Source: Tricharina praecox
Taxonomy: Eukaryota
Direction: 5' to 3'
Assembly: GCF_024521635.1 (NCBI RefSeq)
Contig: NW_026250404.1
Location: 1-64,000 of the forward strand
Length of the DNA: 64,000 nucleotides
Positions 32,401-44,900 of the stretch are shown here, in pieces. A program made the translations under genes and the position numbers. The notes under the pieces were generated by a model. The model was not told the origin of the DNA, searched no databases, and worked only from the letters and a program-made list of their open reading frames with translations. Positions within the stretch are counted from its first letter, which is position 1. Every line of letters starts with the position of its first letter.

Positions 32401-35202
32401 GACGTAGGTACTCTACACCGGTGCTCTGCGTACCCGCAGGTTGCGTCACGCTGGACGGAAGGCGTGGCTTGGACGGGGGAAGCAGGCGCCGGACGCCCCA
32501 CAGTGCACACGGCACCTATCGCGACCTTACTGTCCTCGGAAACAACTGCTGACATTGTCGCAGCGTCGCATTGTCGCACTGTCGCATTGATGGTAGCTCA
32601 CCGTGAGACGGTTTGCCGAGCCGAGACAGAGGTCTGAAGACTCCGATCGTCAGGAATTACTGCCTCCTCATCATCGTCATCATCGACGTCATCATCATGC
32701 ACCCATGCATGAACGTCTAGACTCTACATAGTCACGCCGAACCGGGGGTCGTACATGCATACATACGGACACGTCCGGTTCAAACTACCGACGAACAAAC
32801 CCAAGACCAAGACGTGATGGATGGCGAGCGAGGGAACAATCCGAGTCAATTTCTCCGCCTCCACCCAGTTTCCCCGATCTTGTATGGACGCTTCCTTGTT
32901 TGACCGGATCGGATGGAGCAGGCCCAGTCCTCCCCCGCAGCTCGTCCGTGGTGACTTCAAAATTCCGCACCTGCCACAAGTAACACTATCCACTGAGCAC
33001 TCATCCTTGGGAAGGGGGCCCACGGTACTCTACTCGACTCTAATGCCAGCGGCGGCAGCGATGTTGCGTTTCCCCATCCGGCCAGCCACCCTTCACCATT
33101 TCTCTTCATCCTCATCCAAAGCACTCTAGCTTCACCGCGCATTCTCGGTGACACCATCTACCACTCACGCACCCCCCCCCCCCCCCCCCCCCCCCACGCC
33201 CCCCCGCAACCGCGCCCCACACACGCTCGATACGTACAACAACTCCGTGGACATATGTACTCTACATATGCAAAACGATTACCTACCTACCAACGGCACC
33301 TGCGGCAGACACCGGCTTACCAGATCGAGGGTTCACCACGTTAACGCGGCACCTGACAGCGGCGGCGGGGCGCGGGCATTTCGCCGCTCAGGCGCTGACT
33401 GGTTGACTGGCTGGCTAGCTGACGGACTGACTGACTGGTTGACGTCTGGCGTTGTGGAGTGCCGTGCCGTGCCGGGGATCGGCCGCGAGCCAGCCAGCCC
33501 TAACCATTCGATTCGGGACGGAACGAGGCGTGCCAGGCGTGCTAGGCAGTCCTGGACGTACAGGGCAGGACTGGACGTAACTAACGGCGTTTCGAACGTG
33601 TGGAGCATACCTACCTAGGCAGTTACGGCGCCATCGCCATCGCCGTCGCCTGAAGGTCCGGACATCTGTTGCAGTTGCTGTCGGTGGCCTGCGCCAGTGC
33701 TTCCCTAGGGGGGATCGTCACAGGCTACCGCCCCGGGAGGTCAATCACCGCACGTCCTCCCACCGATATTGCCGCCGGCGCCGCGCACAAAGTGCCGCCG
33801 CGGAAAGTGCTGTCCGTCCAATGTGCATCGTGATCTCCGATCTGGGGGATCTCACTTCATATCCGTCCAGGGGGGGCCGCGCTCTGCGACAGATACACTC
33901 TCGCCGTCTCTCCGTCCCTCCATCCGTCCGGCGCGACACGATCGCATCGCGACAAAGCCCGCGCGCCCGCTCGGTACATACATATTCAGGGTCTCGGGGG
34001 TTGGTTTGCTAAAGTCTCGGATGACTGCCCTGCCAACTGCCTGCCAGCCAGCAGGTATTTTTCTTTTTCTGTCGGATTATCACCCCACAAATACTCTACA
34101 TACCGGTACAACGTCAAGTTTCATCACTCTACTCTATATTTCGGACGTACTTATGTGCAATGTACAGGCCCTCGTGGGGCGCTGCCAACAATAACATTAC
34201 CGATCGCATCTCCCGTTCCGGTTCCGGAACGTACATAACATTCGCGCGCCAGGGATCACCGCACTGCTTGTTCTAGAAGCCTCGGGTAGATTTTGGCGCT
34301 GAAACGACGGCGTGCGATAGCGGTACTAGTGGCGGTAGCGGTACTAGTAGCGGTAGCGGTAGTTATGCATGGCGGGGATGCTCGGTCTGTCGGTACGTGC
34401 CGACGGTATCGTGGCATGCCGAACGAACCAACGAACCAACGAAACTAAAAAGCATGGACGTAGGGGAGACTACAGTACCGTGCAGTGTGTACTCCTGATT
34501 TCCTGCTTCCCCCCGCCCCCTGGGCGAAACCGTCACCAGCCTCCCATCATCCACTGCTGGCATATGTAATGTTTATTGTTTGTTGTTTATTCCGGCAGCG
34601 CCAACGGTCAGAGTGGATCTCTAATCCACGCACGCACACAGGCACACAGGATCCCCAGCAAGTATCCCCAGCTGCAAGCATCGCACACACGCACGTACTT
34701 CCTTGGACAGACAACTCCTGGACGGACACTCATTCTCACCCACCCCATCATCCATGCTTGCAGACGGGGGGCCCAGTTCAAGGGGAAAAACGACCTGGGT
34801 TCGGAACGGAAAAGTCGTCCGGCAATGTTTTTCAGGCCACAAGGGATAACTAGCCTCAGCGGAGGCCGAGCTTTGTCTGGAGTCTGGACTCTACACTCTG
34901 GACTCTGGCACCCTGCTCCTCGACGATCATCCATCCATCCATGACCGCGTCCGTAGATTTGCGCCGGCAACACCATGGCCCGCCAGTGCCAGTGCCACTA
35001 CCACTAACAGCATGTACCTAATGTAGACAGTCGACAGCAGACAGCAGACAGTACCGGTACACACTACTGGTCTGACACACGTCCCCTCGGAAGAACCCCC
35101 TCGCCCTCCCCAGCAGCCAGCAGGCAGCACCACCACCCGGTCTCGGTACCTTCCCCCCCGTCCACTCGGCACACCCGCGCAAACAACGACATACTCATCT
35201 CC

Positions 35203-35316
35203 GTCCAGTGTCCAGTGTCCAGTGTCCAGGTGTCCAGGTGTCCAGGTGTCCAGGTGTCCAGGTGTCCAGGTGTCCAGGTGTCCAGGTGTCCAGGTGTCCA
35301 GGTGTCCAGGTGTCCA
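35203..35316. repeat. Tandem repeat: (AGTGTCC)n grading into about 11 copies of AGGTGTCC
   Basis: Read directly from the sequence. Confidence 0.95.
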
Positions 35317-35460
35317 TGTCAGTGCAACTCGCGCCACGGCCGCACATGCTGACATCCCAATCGCACGTATGAAGTATGTGTGTTATGTACCGTATGTATG
35401 TACCGTATGTATGTACCGTCGGTACATGCACAGACGCACAGGGCACTCTACTGTGTACGG

Positions 35461-35508
35461 TGTACGGTGTATGTACGGTGTATGTACGGTGTATGTACGG
35501 TGTATGTA
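35461..35508. repeat. About 4 copies of the 11-mer TGTACGGTGTA within a GTATGTAC-rich tract
   Basis: Read directly from the sequence. Confidence 0.85.
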
Positions 35509-37044
35509 GGGAGTACGGTAAGTAATCCAGGTAGGCCAGCCATGTATGTACGGTATATGTACACCTGCGTGCTCCGGATCAACCCCCTTCCCCCTCCCAT
35601 CCCAGCCCAGACCACCTCTTCCCTCCCTCCCCTCCGCAAATCTCCCATCTGCAAGTACCTTTGCAAGTACCTCTGCGGGCACCTCTGTGGATACCGTATG
35701 TACATGAGTGACCGCGTGAGTTGGTTACTATTATTATTACTAGCCCCCCAGCCTCACCCCCGACCACCTACCACCGACCACCGACGCGCCGACGACGCAC
35801 CACTCCTTTACTCTACCTACCGTATGTATTCCGTATGTATGCCGTATGTATGCCGTATGTACACAGGTACATAGGGGAGATTCAAGATTCGAGATCAGAT
35901 TCAAGTGAGATTCGAGATTCCAAATTCGAGATTGTAGATTCGAGATTTGGCTTAGGCAGCCTACTCTAGATTGCCGAACTGATCGGCCGGCTACCACACT
36001 CCCTCCCTCCCTCCCGCCCTCCCCCCGCCGAGGAGATTCGAACGCCGAAACCGTCGCATACATAGATCTTCCGTTCCAGCCGGTGTCAATTGGGAAGTAC
36101 CGCCGCCTGGCTGGGCGGACGGACAAGATAATCTTGGTAGACGGACCCACGAACACGAGGAATAGGGATAGGATGAGACGCGCAACGAATGCGTGAATGC
36201 GTGGCGGTGCCACCCCTGACCGGGGACGCGACGTGTAAAGATTCCCATGTATGTATTATTTATGGGCGACGTGCTGGAAGGAAGGGATGGTGTAGGATCA
36301 GGCATACAGTTATATAGTACCGTATGTACATAGTATATAGTACCGTATGTAATTCCTGCAGGATGATTTTCCGTTTGGGCACGGGCACGGGCACACGGCA
36401 GATCCAATTCACGCACAGGGGCGCCCGGGGGACAAAAGCCAGGTCAAAGCTTTTTTTTGCGAAAATCATCAGAATCCATCACCCAGTAATGCAATATAAG
36501 TTCTCCATCTCTTATGTATAGTGTATAGAGTAGAAATGAAAATGCCAAAAAAAAAAGAAAAGAAAAGCAGAGCCGAAAAACACAGCAGGAATGAAGAAGA
36601 AGAAAAAATACATCGCTACGCCCCTTGTAAGACAGCCGGGAATATATGCGCCAGTTAAAAAAACAAATCAAGACGAGAGCAAATTGAAATACAAAGAAAT
36701 AGAAAGAGCAGACGAACGAAGTGGAACAACCCCAGCCAAAGAAATGGAACACAAAAAAAAGACCATAACGTAAGAGCTCTCTTATACACGTTAAACATAG
36801 CATAACACCACCGCCCCTCCCCCCTCCCCTACCCCCGTCGACAATCATCGCTGGCTGAATCACCCGAGCCAGGCTACAAATGCAAAATCCGTGAATGAAG
36901 CCGTAAAGGAAACGATAACTAGAGTAGAAAATCCGGTAAATAAACAAAAAAATGGCGGGAGTATCCGATGGCGTCTATATGTATGCGAGCTGATGTACAC
37001 CTGGACCGAGAAAGCAAAGCACCGTGACTTTTCCATAAAGTCGT

Positions 37045-38306
37045 CTATTGCGTCGAGCTAGTTCTTCGAGAACCCGGGGATCTCGAATCGGAGTTCGTGA
37101 TGGCGGGTATTCTACGCCGGCGAGCATTGATGAACCAGTTGCTAATCTACGATTCTGTCAGTACTTCATAAACAAAAACAACTCCTTTGAACTCACCTGA
37201 TGGATCGTCAATCCAGTCTGAGCCATCAACATCTGTTTCTCGTCTTCTGTAGGGTATGGGTGGTGGAGATGGTCGTTCAACCAACTTCGCAGCAGATCCG
37301 TCACATGCTTGGGCAGATTCCCCCGTCTCCTCTTTCCCGGTCTGCCCTGCTCAAAATGATCCATGCTCAATTCCCCCGGGTGTCCCTGCGAGGAAAATGG
37401 TGATCTGGCGTCCGGCGCACCGGGCTGACGAGCAGGGTACCCGGCGTGCGGTCTTGGCTGTTGTGCGTACGGCGCGGTGTGAGAGTAGTATGGCTGCGAA
37501 TATTGCGTGACGGGCGACGATGATTGGTACGGGCTCGGAGAGATGGCCGAGCTGGATGAGTATCTGTGGTAATCCGGTGTGGTTTGCTGACTCCTCATCG
37601 CCTCGTGCTCGTACTGTGGTGCATACGCGCTGTGGCCTGACTGGTGGTGCGAACTGTACAGAGGCAATGGAGCTGCGATTCCCGATGCCGGCCTGTCCGA
37701 GTGATCCATCTCAAACGACGAGCCTCTCGACGACGTCAACGATGATACCGGGGGCAGGTACGGACTCGGCCTCGAGTCGCCTGCGTGTGGCGATGAGACG
37801 ATCCGCCTCGAATCCAAATGTCCGGGGAACATGTAAGTCTGGGCATCGTAGGCTCCATCCATGTGATCGTGCGCTGATACTGTGGGGTTCCCGGTCAGAA
37901 AGAGGTCTGGGTAAAAGCTTCTCGGCGTCGGAACGTCCGATGATCCAAAGTAGGAAGGAAATGTGGCCATACTTCCGGCATCAGAGATGGTACTCGACGA
38001 AGTGGGGGAAGCCCTGTGAGGTGGCTGCCTGAAAGATGGAGATCCGCGCTCCGCCAGTTTCCGCGGCACACTCGAGGACCTCCGCTCGTGTGGATTGTGG
38101 GAATGGAATTCCGGTATTGCCTTGTCGTCGCCAACATCGAAGTAAGCATACGGGTCATTGAGAAGGTTCAGAGGTGTATAGGCTACCTGATGGAGAGGTG
38201 GCAGTGAGTTTGGGTGACCGGAAGAGGGTGTGGAAGACATGGTCATTGTCGGCTCGAAAGATTTTCGGCTCTCAATGTTCCAAGAAGATATTCCAGCCGT
38301 GTACAT
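37045..38306 (-). CDS. TALE-class homeodomain transcription factor (Homeobox_KN; Cup9/Tos8/TGIF-like); exons 38306-37197 and 37146-37045
   Basis: Removing a 50-nt intron (37196-37147; GTGAGT, branch TACTGAC, TAG) completes KRRRGNLPKHVTDLLRSWLNDHLHHPYPTEDEKQMLMAQTGLTIHQ|ISNWFINARRRR, which has the PYP loop and WFIN. The N-terminus is rich in S, P and Y. The start could instead be the ATG at 38246. Confidence 0.95.
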
Positions 38307-39552
38307 TTGGAACAACCTGCCAGCCGGTAGAATAGGTGTATGTATGTATTTGGATATGGCCCTAGAACCTGTGTCTAGGCTTCCAGAAGGTGGGAAATCT
38401 CGATGACTTTATGTACTGTGACGCCTCTACTGCGTTGTCTAAGTCTGGGGGTTAGCCCGATGCCACCAACACCAGCGCCAGCAGTACGACTAGCAACGGC
38501 ACCACCACACTACCACCACGTTCCTGATACACAGCATTTTTCCTTGTCAAGGATGGGAGAACAAAGGTGTGAAGTCATACGGGGCCCCTGAACAACGTGA
38601 CGGGGCGGGGGTATGGGGTTGTGGGCAGGAGGGTGGGGTGGGGGCGAGACGAGCAAAAGAAAGTCCAAAAGGACACACCATTCCAAAGCTCCGAAAGAAA
38701 GACAGTGGAAGTAGTAATCCTGGGAATCGGTACATTGGATTGCATGCGTAGATGATGGGGTAGAGGGTGGACACGCACAAGGGAACGAAACGCAAAGGGG
38801 GGGTGAAACACCGAGCAGGCATTGTCCGATTGGGGTTTGGGGAGGAATTGGGGGGGTGCAGCAGTTGGGTACGACCAGAAGCACTACCGACGAACACGAT
38901 GGATGGGGATGGGGGGTGGGGGGTGGGATCCGAGTAGTAACGGTGAAAGCCCCATAAGGCATGGTTCACGAAGCGGGGCGTAATCATGGTCCCGGGGGTG
39001 GGGTGGGGATGATGGGCATAAGAAGATCGACAAGAGGAGAAGGAGAAACGCGCGTTTGAGCGTGAGAGGCACATACCGACGAATATTATATAACCACTTT
39101 GAGAACAAAGCAATAAGACCCGAGAAATTTATTAAGCGGGATGCGGAGCCCGGGATGGGATCCTTTGATGTGGGAGGAGAGAAGAGTTTCGCTAAAACGA
39201 ACAAGCGTGTCGAGGTGGAGGCTGGGGGGTGGAGGGGTGGGGAGGAGCTTGTCGAAAGCTGGACGACCAACGGAGAAATCGATTTCGGCGGGACGGATAT
39301 CGGAGGTCGGTGGAGGGTGGGGGAGGTGGAGGGGTGAGGGGTGGGTGGGAGTGTGTAGTGTAGTGGTGTGAGCGCCGGGGGTGGGGTAGGATCTGGAGGG
39401 CAGGCGGGAAGGATCGCACTGGAGGTGGGGGAGTGATGGATGATATACGGGAGCAGCAGGAGAGCTGGACGGGATGCACGATTGCGAGCGAGCGACAGTG
39501 TGTGCGAGTGTGAGGGTGCAAGTGAGAGGTAGGAACCAGGCAGGTATGTACT

Positions 39553-39668
39553 CTAGAGTGGGTAAGTCAGTGAGTAGGTAAGAAGGTAGGTGAGCAGGTA
39601 GGCAAGAGGGCAGGCAGGTAGGTTACAGTGCACGGGTAAAACTGGCGCGGGTGCAGGTGCTCACTTAC
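39553..39668 (-). other. Candidate 5'-UTR intron of the homeobox gene
   Basis: Minus-strand GTAAGT donor at 39668, pyrimidine-rich body, CACTGAC branch site, TAG acceptor at 39553. Confidence 0.4.
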
Positions 39669-39954
39669 GTGCTTAGCTCTGGATCTGAGCTGCGTTAGGA
39701 GCAGTAAGGGTACTATGTAGCTCTCAGCGGACCGGGGAAATGAGTGACAGACAGCCAGACAGACAGATGGACCGACAGACGGGCGGACCGACAGACGTCA
39801 CCGATTTGTGGCTCTAATTTGATTCGTGGTACCTGCGGGGGAGGGTGGAGGGTGGAAGGGAGGGGGGGCGGCGGGAGACTGGGACCCGGAGTTGGTCTGC
39901 GTGCGAAGAGAGCAGGGCTGATGTGAGGGCGCCGTAAGGGCATGAGGGCAGAAA

Positions 39955-40124
39955 GCGGGTCAGTGGTGAGGGCGGAGAGCGGAACGCAGGTCAGCGGTGA
40001 CGGCGGAACGCAGGTCAGTGGTGAGGGCGACAGGGCGGAAAGCGGGTCAGCGGTGACTGTGCGAGGGCGGGAAGCAGGTCAGCGGTGGCGGCGTCGAGGG
40101 CAGAACGATGCAGGTCAGTTGTGA
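39955..40124. repeat. Six irregularly spaced copies of GC(A/G)GGTCAG(C/T)(G/T)GTG
   Basis: Read directly from the sequence. Confidence 0.8.
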
Positions 40125-41433
40125 GTCCCTACCGGCAATCACCTTCTCTCGCGGAAAAATAAATAAAAATGGTGGCTCCCACACGTCGAAGGCAGCAGGC
40201 GGATGCAGATTGGTGTATGTACCGCCACCAGACGGACGGAAGGTCACGGCCCACCCTACTCCACCACCACCTCCACCAACAACAACAACACGACAGGCGG
40301 ATCCAGACGACCGATCGACTAGTTGGTCAGTTAGTCCACGGCACCAGCCAAGCAGCGCAGAGACACGACCAAGCACGAACCGGCGCGAGACAGAACACGG
40401 GTACCCTATCCGAGCGGAGCAGGTATGATGGCGCGGGCAGCAGTGGCAGATGTCGTCGTTGTCGGAGTGCGATCGTAGTCGTGATCGTGCTTGTGACTGT
40501 GAGTTGCGTGTGAGCGTGAGCGGGAGCGGGAGTGTGGGCGTGGGGCGTGAGCTTGTGAGTCCGCTGTGAGCTCGAATGCAGGAGGGAGATGAGGGCGAAT
40601 CTCGAAGGGATGGCGGAATAATAGCCGTGATCGTTCGTTCGCTCGTTCTTCGTTCGTCGCCGGTAGGCTAATGACGGAAGCAGGACGACGAAGACGAAGA
40701 CGCCGACGCCGACGAGCTGTGGCTGTGGCTGTTCGTCCGCTCGCTGGGTCCCACCACTAGTTGCTCTAGTACCGTACCATATTCTCCTGCCATGTATGTG
40801 AGTGGACCGGAAGTCCGAGCGTCTACCTGCTCCATATCAGCAGTGTGTAGCCTTTTTTTCTTCTTTTTTTTCATTCTTTCTGTGGCGTCTGTATCACGAC
40901 GGGTGGGTAGCCGGCCACACGGTCTGACTGGATCGATGGGAAATGTCCGCTATCGGAGCAACACGATGCGGACAGACGTATGTCGTGCAGAGCTGCGAGC
41001 AGGCAGAGCGGAAGAAGAAAAGCTGGAGAAGAGTCACCTATTCCGGTCCGAACACGGTGGTACGGGAGAACGAGCTAGCCAGCGTACCTACGTGGAGAGT
41101 CGTGGACCCGCCCCCAGCTGCGAAGTGAGGAAGCGACTCGGTCGGTTTGGATGGTTATCGAGTGGGGAACGAAAGGAAGGAAAAAAGCGAAGCGGATGGG
41201 AAACCAAAAGGCGTTGGTGATGCTGTTCCGCTGCTGCTGTTGTTCCGCTGCTGCTGCTGATGCTGCTGCTGCCGACGATGTCTTGGATCGATTGCACGAT
41301 AGGTGTCAGTCAGCCGTTCTCGGTCAGTTAGTCCGTTAGTCAGTCAGTCGTTCTCGGTTAGGTAGTCCGTCGGTCACTCTCGGTTCGCCCGTCAGTCATT
41401 CTCGGTCCGCACTTCGGTCCGGCTTCTCCTTCA

Positions 41434-41547
41434 CCTTCCTCTCCTACTCCTTCCTCTCCTACTCCTTCCTCTCCTACTCCTTCCTCTCCTACTCCTTCCT
41501 CTCCTACTCCTTCCTCTCCTACTCCTTCCTCTCCTACTCCTTCCTCT
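41434..41547. repeat. Perfect 15-bp minisatellite CCTTCCTCTCCTACT, about 7.6 copies
   Basis: Read directly from the sequence. Confidence 0.97.
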
Positions 41548-41854
41548 TCTCCTCTTCTTGGCCGGTCCTATCCTTTCAATCCACGCATATATTTTACTCC
41601 CATCTGACACCGTCCCGGGTGCGTGTGCTCTGCATTGGCAGCACTGCCTCTTCCTCCATGTGGATGGGATGGTAGGTATGCGTATCCGCTGTCTGTCTCT
41701 CTCACTGCCTGCGCCTACCTTGACGTGGGAGCGCCGGATGACGATCTTAGCACTGATCTGACCCGAGTGGAACCTTCAAGGAATATTTAATCGTCCGTCC
41801 GTCCACCATCATCCGTCCGCACGTCTCTCTTGTCTCACGTCGGCGTGTAACTAC

Positions 41855-41993
41855 TTTCTACTGGCAGTGTGAGGATGGCGCATATTCCTCGTGCTGATGC
41901 TCTCTACTCTACTGGCGAGTGGTGTAAGGATGCGTATATTCGTCCTGCTGGTTTCTACTGGCAGTGTAAGGATGGCGTATATTCCTCCTGCTG
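41855..41993. repeat. Three imperfect copies of a ~45-bp unit (TCTACTGGCAGTGTAAGGATGGCGTATATTCCTCCTGCTG)
   Basis: Read directly from the sequence. Confidence 0.85.
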
Positions 41994-44900
41994 CTGAGCT
42001 AGAGCAACTTGGCTGCTGCTGCTCGCCGTCTGTCAGTTAGCCATAGCAAGCTGACATCCAACACGCAGGCAGGCAGGCACCAAGGATCATCTCGGTCGTT
42101 CTCGTCCACGCTTTGCCTCTGACCACCACCACCACCTCCACCGCCACCAACGCAAATGTCTCACAGAGTTCGAAAATCTTCACCCCTTGTCTTTAGGTCT
42201 GTCTTCAGCGACCAAACCGCCTCCACCCCCCAACCATCGCATCCCGGAAGAGAAGGAAAGACCAGCCATCGTAGGGGTGTGGCTCAACTAGTGGGGGAGG
42301 TACATAGCAGCCGGGCCTGGGACCTCGCTATATAGATACTCTAGCACGGCGGGTGTTTTCTCCTGTCACACTCGAAGCCGGTCCGGCGCTACCACTGGTC
42401 AGTTGCGTTTCCCGTCAAGCTCACCACCCCCCCCCCCCCCCCCCCCCCCTCCAAAGAGCAACCTGGGATTCGGATCGGCTGACGAGATGCGTAGCATACC
42501 CTTTCCTTTCCCACAGTACTCTACCGTACATGATCACCGTCGAAGTGACGGAAAAAAATGCAGAGCCAAGAAAACTCTCACCTTCTTCATCTTCATCAGC
42601 ATCGCCAGCCCAGCAGCAGCAGTAGCATCGCCAGTGACGCCCGAATCCAGGGGGAAAGAAGCGGACGGAAAGAAAGAGAAAAAAAGAAAGGGAAGGGAAG
42701 GGAGAACTGCGCTTCGCCGGCAGAGTAGCACTCGTCAAGTACTAGTATAGCCAGCCTGCCTGCCGACCAGTCAGTCGGCATCAGGTCGTCAGTTGAAACT
42801 ACCCACCCACCTCCCACCTCACACAGAGACACACACACACACGCACACGCATACACGCATACACGCATAACTCTGTACACGCACAGAATGCGTAGAGTAA
42901 GTGGCATATCGGCTGTCAACGCGCTCGGGTGGTCCATGGCCGGTTTCCCGCCGTCACCGCCATCAACGCCAGCATCATCACCACCACCACCGCCAGCCGG
43001 CATCATCACCACCACACCACGTCGTCGTCTCCGCCGCAGCTGGGATCTGCGCCTATGGGATCCGATTTTCAATGATTGATCAGTCGCCGTAACACAAGGG
43101 CTAACCAAGGCGCGCCCACCCCGGGTTGTCTGTATGTAACCTGTCGGAGCTAGTCTGGGCTAGCCTGGGGGGCGTGGCGGACATCAGCTACTCTAGACAT
43201 CCATCGATCATCCATCCAGACTTTCAGACATCCAGACATCCAGATAGGTACGTACCCAGATATTCAGACATCCATCCATCATCCATCATCCATCATCCAC
43301 CACCCACCATCCATCCCTCTCAAAATCGGATTCCTCTTCTGGCCCATTAAGCAGCAAGCGCCAAAAAAAACCCCCAAAAAAATAAACATCTATCTCAGAC
43401 GGTGGGTGGGTGTGCAATCATCAACGTGCATGGAAGCTCGGTCACGACGCCTACGCGTGCGTGCGACACTGCGACGTGCCTCGATCGTTGGAAGGGGCCG
43501 ACGACAACGACAGCTCGAGAGTCGAGACGATTAGCGTAGTGGGGATCGATAAGAACTAGAGTAGGGACCGCTAGTTGGTTGTACTCTACATGGTCTAGCG
43601 CGCCCCACGCACACGCCCACATGGAGAGTTTCCTTATGCGCTTGCGGGTTGCTCGCACGATACGATTCGACGATTTGTCGCCCCGGATTCTTTTTTTACT
43701 TAGTATACTTTCGGATGGACATTGGACATTTGGAATTTTGGATCGCTCTGGCTCTGGCCAGACAATTCGATGCTCCTCTCCTCCTCGTCGTCGTCCTTCC
43801 TACTTGCATGGCACACATACCTGAGCTACTGCAACCGTGCGTTGACACTTGAGTGCACAAGCAAGCAGTCAAGCAGTCAAGCAGTCAAGCAGTCAAGCAA
43901 GCAGGTAAGCTGGTAAGCAGCGAGCGAGCACGCAGAGCGTCGAAGGAGACCCAGAGTACCGTAGAGTATCGAAATTCGGGACCGGATAGTCATGTCGCAC
44001 ACCCTCTTCCCTCTTCTCCCAGCTGTCTTCCTGTCCTGTCCTGTGCTCTCCAGTCCTGACCCTCAGGAGCCGCCGACATCCGTGTCATCCAGCGCTGCTC
44101 TCCTCCCTCCCCAAGTCGGCGCAAATAACCGGCAGCCCCCTCCTCGTGTCCCGAAGCGGCTAGGACACGCACACACATGGTTCGAGTACCCTATCTAGAT
44201 GTTGAGAAAACGCTGGGTGGGGCGGGGTGGAGATTCGCAGCGGCGGGTATCTGAGAAGTCATTTCTGGATGTAGGTAGGTGGGTTCGTATGTATGCACAC
44301 CTAGATGCTTCTTCTTCTTCTTGCCTACTCTGGACGTATGCAGACATGCTCCTTCTTACCCACTCTGGACGTAGGTACTAGATTGAAGCACACTAACTAT
44401 TCCGCATGTACTGATCCGCAAGGAAAGTGGGCAGGAAATGCACTTACCTAGGTCTTCACTTCCGGATCTCCCTTGTTGGAACTTGGGGATGAGGGATCAT
44501 GGCTGGCACCCCTTCCGACGCCACTACGATTCCTACATGCATACTCACCCCCCTCCCGTTCCACTCGATCCCTTTCGCCCGCTGCACTGCAGACTATCAT
44601 CGACATCCTCAGCAGCAGCAGCAGGTGCCCTACTCACTCACTCACCGAGAACAGCACCGCTGGAAATACAGTGCTGCCTTCTTCTTCTCCGTCTCCTCTT
44701 CTTCTTTTCCTGCCCTCTCTTCTCTCCTGCTCTCTTCTCCACGTCTCTCTCTCCACGCCTCTCCACTCTCACCTCTCCTCCCTACCCGCTTACAGAATCA
44801 TCCCCCAGAACGGGGTTGGCTAGCGAACCGAGACAATTGCACGACAAGGGATCGTGGGAGGGACCCACGGAAATAAGGATATGATGATGATGATGGCGCG

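Noticed and set aside
34927..35509. Repetitive ORFs (WTPGHLDT)n and (VSRCPGVQ)n
   Set aside because: They are translations of the 8-bp tandem repeat, with no other coding evidence.
39955..41993. Spaced repeats as a possible CRISPR array
   Set aside because: The context is eukaryotic, the repeats are short and degenerate, the spacers are irregular and non-unique, and there are no cas genes.
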